Shown one piece after another: positions 10,023 through 16,069 of a DNA stretch of 16,069 nt. This stretch comes from Paraspadella gotoi (lineage: Eukaryota; Animalia; Chaetognatha): positions 8,936,372-8,952,440 of the forward strand of contig CM119266.1 of the NCBI GenBank assembly GCA_051294375.1, in the 5' to 3' direction. The notes below the pieces were generated by a model that was not told the DNA's origin, ran no database searches, and saw nothing but the letters and a program-made list of their open reading frames with translations. Numbering within the stretch: position 1 is the first letter of the stretch; every line of letters starts with the position of its first letter. A program made the translations under genes and the position numbers.

Positions 10023-10500
10023 GATTTCTGACCCTCACTAAATCGCTGGCGCGGAAAAAACCGACCTCGTGACCTTTTTGATTCCGTCGAGAATCGAAAC
10101 CCGGTGGCGGCGGCTGCGGCTGCGGCCGAAGCGGCGGAAGCGGCNNNNNNNNNNNNNNNNNNNNNNNNNNNNNNNNNNNNNNNNNNNNNNNNNNNNNNNN
10201 NNNNNNNNNNNNNNNNNNNNNNNNNNNNNNNNNNNNNNNNNNNNNNNNNNNNNNNNNNNNNNNNNNNNNNNNNNNNNNNNNNNNNNNNNNNNNNNNNNNN
10301 NNNNNNNNNNNNNNNNNNNNNNNNNNNNNNNNNNNNNNNNNNNNNNNNNNNNNNNNNNNNNNNNNNNNNNNNNNNNNNNNNNNNNNNNNNNNNNNNNNNN
10401 NNNNNNNNNNNNNNNNNNNNNNNNNNNNNNNNNNNNNNNNNNNNNTTTTCTTCCCGTGACCACTGACCAGAAATCAATCAACGTCGCTGTTCCCTCATCA

Positions 10501-10501
<1 letters not shown>

Positions 10502-10536
<35 letters not shown>
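10502..10536 (+). repeat. (ACG)n microsatellite running into a gap
   Basis: About 11 perfect units. Confidence 0.95.
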
Positions 10537-10879
10537 NNNNNNNNNNNNNNNNNNNNNNNNNNNNNNNNNNNNNNNNNNNNNNNNNNNNNNNNNNNNNNNN
10601 NNNNNNNNNNNNNNNNNNNNNNNNNNNNNNNNNNNNNNNNNNNNNNNNNNNNNNNNNNNNNNNNNNNNNNNNNNNNNNNNNNNNNNNNNNNNNNNNNNNN
10701 NNNNNNNNNNNNNNNNNNNNNNNNNNNNNNNNNNNNNNNNNNNNNNNNNNNNNNNNNNNNNNNNNNNNNNNNNNNNNNNNNNNNNNCTTTTCTTTTCTGT
10801 GTAGATGGTATTGTAATATACTTTAATTTTGCTATTACATCGGGTATAATTTTCAAATCGACATCAGTAGATATTAGTT

Positions 10880-10904
10880 NNNNNNNNNNNNNNNNNNNNN
10901 NNNN
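10880..10904. other. Assembly gap of exactly 25 N between the inverted arms; last gap in the window
   Basis: Counted directly. It separates the gapped left part from 5.1 kb of gap-free sequence. Confidence 0.95.
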
Positions 10905-11689
10905 CTGTCTAACATTAAAAAAAACCCCTAACTCGTTAACTTTTGATTAATCTTTAATTATTTTATAATATGTAGTATAAATAGGTAGTAGTAGCTGTAG
11001 TTGAAATTATAGAGAAGAGATGATATTTCACTTTCTTAGTCGATTTTTTACTCTTAATCACAAACGTTATTCGCCCGAACTTCAGTTTTACGGATTCTTT
11101 GCCTTATGCGTGAAAAATAGAAACTGTGCTGAATTTCCGACGTCTTTAATCAATTCCATCAATTGCCTCGCCTATTCAGGCTACATTTTCTGAATACTCA
11201 TGGCCGCTTTAAGTCCGACGTTAAACTGTCAAGGACCGCCACGTCTCGAAGTTATGAGATGCGCGGGCCGTGAAGCAAGAAATACTCTACATAGTCAGTA
11301 TAGTATTGTATAATTGTGGTGATTTCTGCGGAAACATTTGGCATCAATTCATGGATCTAGACGTGATTCGCCATCGACATCATGCATGATACTTAATGAT
11401 GAATACGATGAGAAAAAGTATATAATATATACGAGAAAGTAGAAGAATGTAGCAAATGTAAATAAACAATCCAGAACTACTCACAAGACTCATATGGTAA
11501 ATATGAAAATCTTATTTGCCATTCAGGTCATTTTGGATACTTTTCCGATTGGAAGTCATGCCCCGCCAAATCGCTCCTCCAACGCCATCACCAAAACAGT
11601 CGTGTCTGGCGCTGGTCATCACAACACGAGAAGCAAACTTCCGACCGACACTAAATCATAATCTCAAATCCGAGTGTGAAAAAGTCCGT

Positions 11690-12233
11690 CTCGTCGTCGT
11701 GTCTGGTTCTCCGCGCTGATGAGGGAACAGCGAACGTTAGATTTGACTTTCTGGTCGCCTGGTCACCTGGGAAAAAGAAAGGCGTTACCGAAAGAGAAAG
11801 ACCACGCGAGACTGGAGACGGAGAGAAGACAGAGAGAGAGAGAGAGAGAGGAGAGACGCAAAAAGAGACAGGAGAGAAGAAACGAGACAATACTGAAAAA
11901 TAAAACAGTTTTCACCTTTCCTTGCAGATTCACCTTAATCTCTAAGCCACGTATTATTGTATTTATTGCGGCCGCTCTGTCCTATTTAACAAACCGCGCA
12001 CTCTACCTTCCACCGTCCGCCGTCTTTCGCCCGCTTCCGACCGCGAATTGCCGCTGCCGCCATTGGGAGCTCCATATCTCTCGAACACGCTGTCAATCAC
12101 GGTTTCTATTCTCGAGAATCAAAGGCTACCGAGGTCGTTTGTTCGCAACTTTCCGCGCGCAGCGACTTTAGTGAGGGTCAGAAATTTATTCTGCCTCTCT
12201 CTCTTACTCTCTACGTCTCTTCTCCCTCTCTCT

Positions 12234-12265
<32 letters not shown>

Positions 12266-13944
12266 CGTCTTCTCCTCTTTCGCCGGTCACTGAACACTTT
12301 TTTTCCTCTTAGCGAGATTCGTCCCCCCATTTTCTTCCGCTCGTCCCCTTTCTCCTTTTGGTGATGACGAAAAGGAAAAAAAGTGAGTTTTTCTTTATTC
12401 TCTTCGGATTTATTCTTTTGTTTTTCTTTGTGTTTTTTCTGTTTTTTTTTTTTTTTTTGTTTTCTTTGTGTTGAAAGGAAAAATCAGGAGAAAAGGATTG
12501 TTTTTTTTTTGGTAAGGGGGGAATAAAATTTAAAGCTTAAATTATATTATTAAAATTCTTCTATGAACAAAATCGAGTTCGAGAAGAATTTAAGCTCATT
12601 GGTTAAAACTTAAAACTTTTTACTCCTTAATTTAGTTCTAGTTTCCTCCTATTTGTTAACCTATTCCCTATTGAGAACCTCTCAATTTTCATTCGTTTCA
12701 AATAGTAATTACGGCACTAAGTGGGATAAACTTTAACTTAACAGAAATGTGTTGATATAATGTGGTATATGCGCGGAAAAACAAATTAAAGCATTTATCT
12801 TGCTAGCTTATTTAATCGGAATTATCTCTTTTTTCTCTCAATTCACTACATTTCTAGCTATGTAACAATGGTAAGTTACTAAGAACACCGCAATATGTAT
12901 ACAGTCGAATTCAATTTTTCTCGACTTGTCGCCACTTCTGCGCAAATCTTCCCCACATGAATTTTAATCAGATGGAAACACGAAGCGAAGCGATTGTCAT
13001 TGCGAGACGAGAGAGAGAGAGACGAGTAGAGAGAGAGAGAGAGGAAGAGAGAGAGAGGAGAGAGAGAGCAGGAGAGAGAGCAAGATGAGAGAACATGACA
13101 GTGTTAATTGCAATTTATTTTTTGCCGTGAAGTTGACAGCAGCGGGAGCGTCGAAACTGTAATTTTTCTAAGCTTGAAGAAAATATTTTTATCCTAATTG
13201 TGAAGAGATCGTGTAGAGAAATATAATCATCTTGAAAACTGTATCTGGTATATTACGCAGTATAATTGATAAATATTCTAAACCACTAAGTAAGAATTTC
13301 CTCGGCCCAGCAAGAGAGAAAAGAGAGAGAGGAGCAGGGTTTTGGAGGCAAAAGAGAGGGAGAGAGAGATAAAAGTTCGCAGTGCATGTACAACATGAAT
13401 CTGATTTGAAACTTAGAAATCCAAATAGAGATGCATGAAAAGCGAAAGTGAAGAAAATTATGAGAAGTTTAACACAGATATCTGAAAAAGGTTTTAACAA
13501 CGGTCATATTTCGACCCAAAGAGGTGAAAGTCTCTTTGAAACGCCCTCACTTGATCCCCAGACTCTTTACTATGTTTTTTAAATCTTTTTTTCAGATCTG
13601 TTCGTCGAAATTATTTTTAGCTCTCCACAAGTAAGAAATGAAGAATATCGTCTGGCTTTTATGTTTCAAAGAAAGGGGAGAAGAAATTTTAAACGGGGAT
13701 TTTTTCTAAAAAGTAAAGCCAACATCTCGTTCAAGGCAATGGCTCAAAATTATTGAATTCCTTTTACAGTTCAATTAAAATTACGATCATTATTCAGGTT
13801 CAACGGCAAACATGTGAATTTTCGTTCTAAATAACGAATTCCTTATTATATTTGCGTCAGAACCTAATGATAATCGTAATTGTAGGATACTTAAATCGCG
13901 GCAAACCAAACGAATCTTTACTACGTCATTAATAATAATGATGA
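11690..13944 (-). repeat. Right arm of large inverted duplication (gap-free, indel-rich)
   Basis: Reverse complement of 8123-10536. GCTGATGAGGGAACAGCGA (11715) matches the reverse complement of TCGCTGTTCCCTCATCAGC (10484), and CTACGTCATTAATAATAAT (13921) matches the reverse complement of 8127-8145. Confidence 0.95.
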
Positions 13945-14447
13945 TTTCAACAGATAACGTGAGACTTCACAGTCGTCTCACAACTTGACGATGTGACGAA
14001 CCATCAGACTCGGCGACTGCCAATGAAATTTCTATTCATTCATGCGATGAGATTTCTATTTCATTGAGATTTCTTGTCTTTTCGCGACAAAAAAAGAAAC
14101 ATTTGACCCTAACCCGCTCTTCTGCCCCTTGCTCCTCACCTTTCCCCACTTCCTCTACAAAGCGGCATTAAAAGACAATTCGATGATGAAGCCTTACAAG
14201 TTTATAGAATTTTTACGACTTATTTCTCATATTATTTTTGCTTCATAAAAGAGATAAAAATCGAAAAGCGTAAAAAATTGTATTAAAAAAAAATGACGAA
14301 AAAAATAAAAAAAAACTTTTTAAAATGAGATCCTTTGAGAGTAAAAAAATCGTTGTAAAACCCAAGAGATAAAAAAGTTAGCGAGGGCGAAAAAAAATAG
14401 TTGCAGCGTGAAAGAAAAAAAAATTAAAATTTTTGTATCGTCTTCGA

Positions 14448-15345
14448 TCTCTCTCTCTCTGTCTCTCTCTCTCTTTCTCTCTCTCTCTTTTCTCTCTCTC
14501 TTACTAAGCTCACTTCTCTTTTTTCTTTCTCTCTCTTCTCTCTCTCGGGTCTCTCTCGTCTCAGATCTGCCTTCTCGTTCATCGTCTCTCTTCGTCTCTC
14601 TCTCTGGTTTTCCTCTCTGTCAAACTTCTGTCATTTTTTACCTCGATCGCTTACTTTTCACTCTTACACTTTTCGAGTCTCACTCTCTCTTCTCCCGCAT
14701 AGGTCTGTGAACAGCTGGTTAGAGTCCTCTGCTCTCTCTTTCGCCTCGTCAGGTCAAGCTTCGGTGGCTCGGTATGCCGTGGGAGTTCGTTCGTCGTCCC
14801 AGATGGCATATCTGCCGTGGGCTCGTCTCTCTCTCTCTCTTCTTTTCCTCTCTCGATCGCTGAAAACATATCAAGCGACGATGCAGTCACTGAATCGCTT
14901 CTTGTCGGCGATAATGGAAGAATCATTCTCGGTTTCTATTTCTTTTTTCATAACTCTTTCCATCATTCTCTTGTTTTATTTCTCTCTCTCTCTCTCTCTC
15001 GTTCCCTTTCTTTCCGGTATTATACTATCTTTTCCGCTCGTTTCTTCTTTCTTGTCCTCTCTCCTTACTGCAATTTCTTCCCCCCTCACTCTTCCGCCGT
15101 CTTCCGCCTTTCCCCCTCTTGCCTTTTCCCACCTATCCCCCATTCCCCTTCTCCCCCACGTTCCTCTCTTCCCCCTCTCTCCCTCCTGCCCCACCTTCCC
15201 CATCTCCCACCGTTTCCCCTCTTCCACCTCTCTCCACGCCTGGCCCGCCCTTTCCCCTGTTCTCCCCCCTTGTCTTCCATACCAGTCCCCTGCTTCCCTG
15301 CTCTCCACGCGTCGGCTGGCCCCCTGCTTCCCTTTCTCCCCGCCA
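14448..15345 (+). repeat. Long degenerate CT-rich then C-rich low-complexity region
   Basis: Interrupted (CT)n blocks (14448-14625, 14825-14855, 14980-15000) followed by many C3-C6 runs (15079-15341). Confidence 0.8.
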
Positions 15346-16069
15346 CTTACCCAACGTTTTCCAACAACGGCCAATGATTATCTCCCCGCTTGTCTTCGGT
15401 CTTGCATGCCCGAATATCACTGATGTATGATCGCTTGTTCGTTGCAATAACGAGGGATACCGGGAGGGTATCCAAGTTCTCGCATGGGTCGTTCCATTAG
15501 ACGGGGCTTAGTGCGCGGGTGAGGCGTGATTTATCGAAGGAAGCTTAAGGGTGGTAGTTGGGGGGGACGATCCCGGCGCCTCGTGTCTTAGTTGTGTTTT
15601 TTGGCGTTGCGCAAGGCCGTAAATGGCTTTGTAAACCTCTTAAGGTGGAAAAGATTAAAACGTGATTGTTTTAATCACGGATGGAATCGTCGTGCGGGTC
15701 AGGTCGCGGTGTTCGCGTCGTGAGTTGTCGGGGCGTAGTGGGGGCGGTTGTCGGCGGCTCGTCGTTCAGGGGCGGAACGGGGCTGGCGGCGGGCGTGGGA
15801 GCGCGGCGGGGCGCAAGAGGAGAGAAAAAAGAAGATAGTGTCTAGTATCGGGGGTGGCTCGAAGGCCAATGCCGGTCAGTCGACGGTCTAATGATGAAGG
15901 GGGAGACGCGTGCCGAAGGAGGGCTCGTTTTTGTACGGATCGTAGCCGTTGTTTGGTTGTCGTTGTCGTTATTATGTAAACGAAGCACAGTTCATTGTGC
16001 AGTTCTGTCACAGCGTGACCACTAAGGGGAATTTTATCAGTAAAACATTGGACTTTTTCTAAATATAGC

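Noticed and set aside
10905-11380. Perfect palindromic centre of the large inverted repeat
   Set aside because: I could not find self-complementarity by eye in this central segment.
11516-12293. ORFs in the spacer and inner right arm as a possible transposase of a foldback element
   Set aside because: They are short, show no DDE/HTH-like motifs, and lie in indel-rich sequence that duplicates the left arm.
14107-14114. CCCTAACC telomere-like unit
   Set aside because: Single unit, not an array.
14707-15447. Overlapping Pro/Ser/Leu-rich and Gly/Arg/Glu-rich ORFs
   Set aside because: Low-complexity C/T-rich DNA is open in nearly all frames on both strands, and no domain is recognisable.
15440-15960. 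GC-rich segment as rDNA/ITS
   Set aside because: I could not recognise any conserved 18S, 5.8S or 28S motif.

Overview
Non-coding-looking eukaryotic draft-scaffold sequence, probably from an invertebrate (microsatellite-rich, no obvious CpG depletion; the taxon is inference). It has 11 N-gaps totalling 2738 nt (~17%), all before position 10905. I recognise no gene, RNA gene, CRISPR array or transposase; nearly all supplied ORFs are artefacts of N-runs or (CT)n/(AAAG)n/(ACG)n tracts. The dominant structure is a >2 kb inverted duplication: 8123-10536 (gapped, clean) is the reverse complement of ~11690-13944 (gap-free, insertion-rich, increasingly degraded toward a 25-N gap at 10880-10904). This is best explained as a long-read gap-filling/misorientation artefact, although a real palindrome or foldback element is not excluded. 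Inside it is the best biological candidate, a ~110-nt hairpin (8175-8283) with a 40-bp stem whose mismatches are mostly G-U compatible on one strand. There are also weak promoter-like motif clusters, small tandem repeats and two possible exon fragments. I found no convincing novel biological system.
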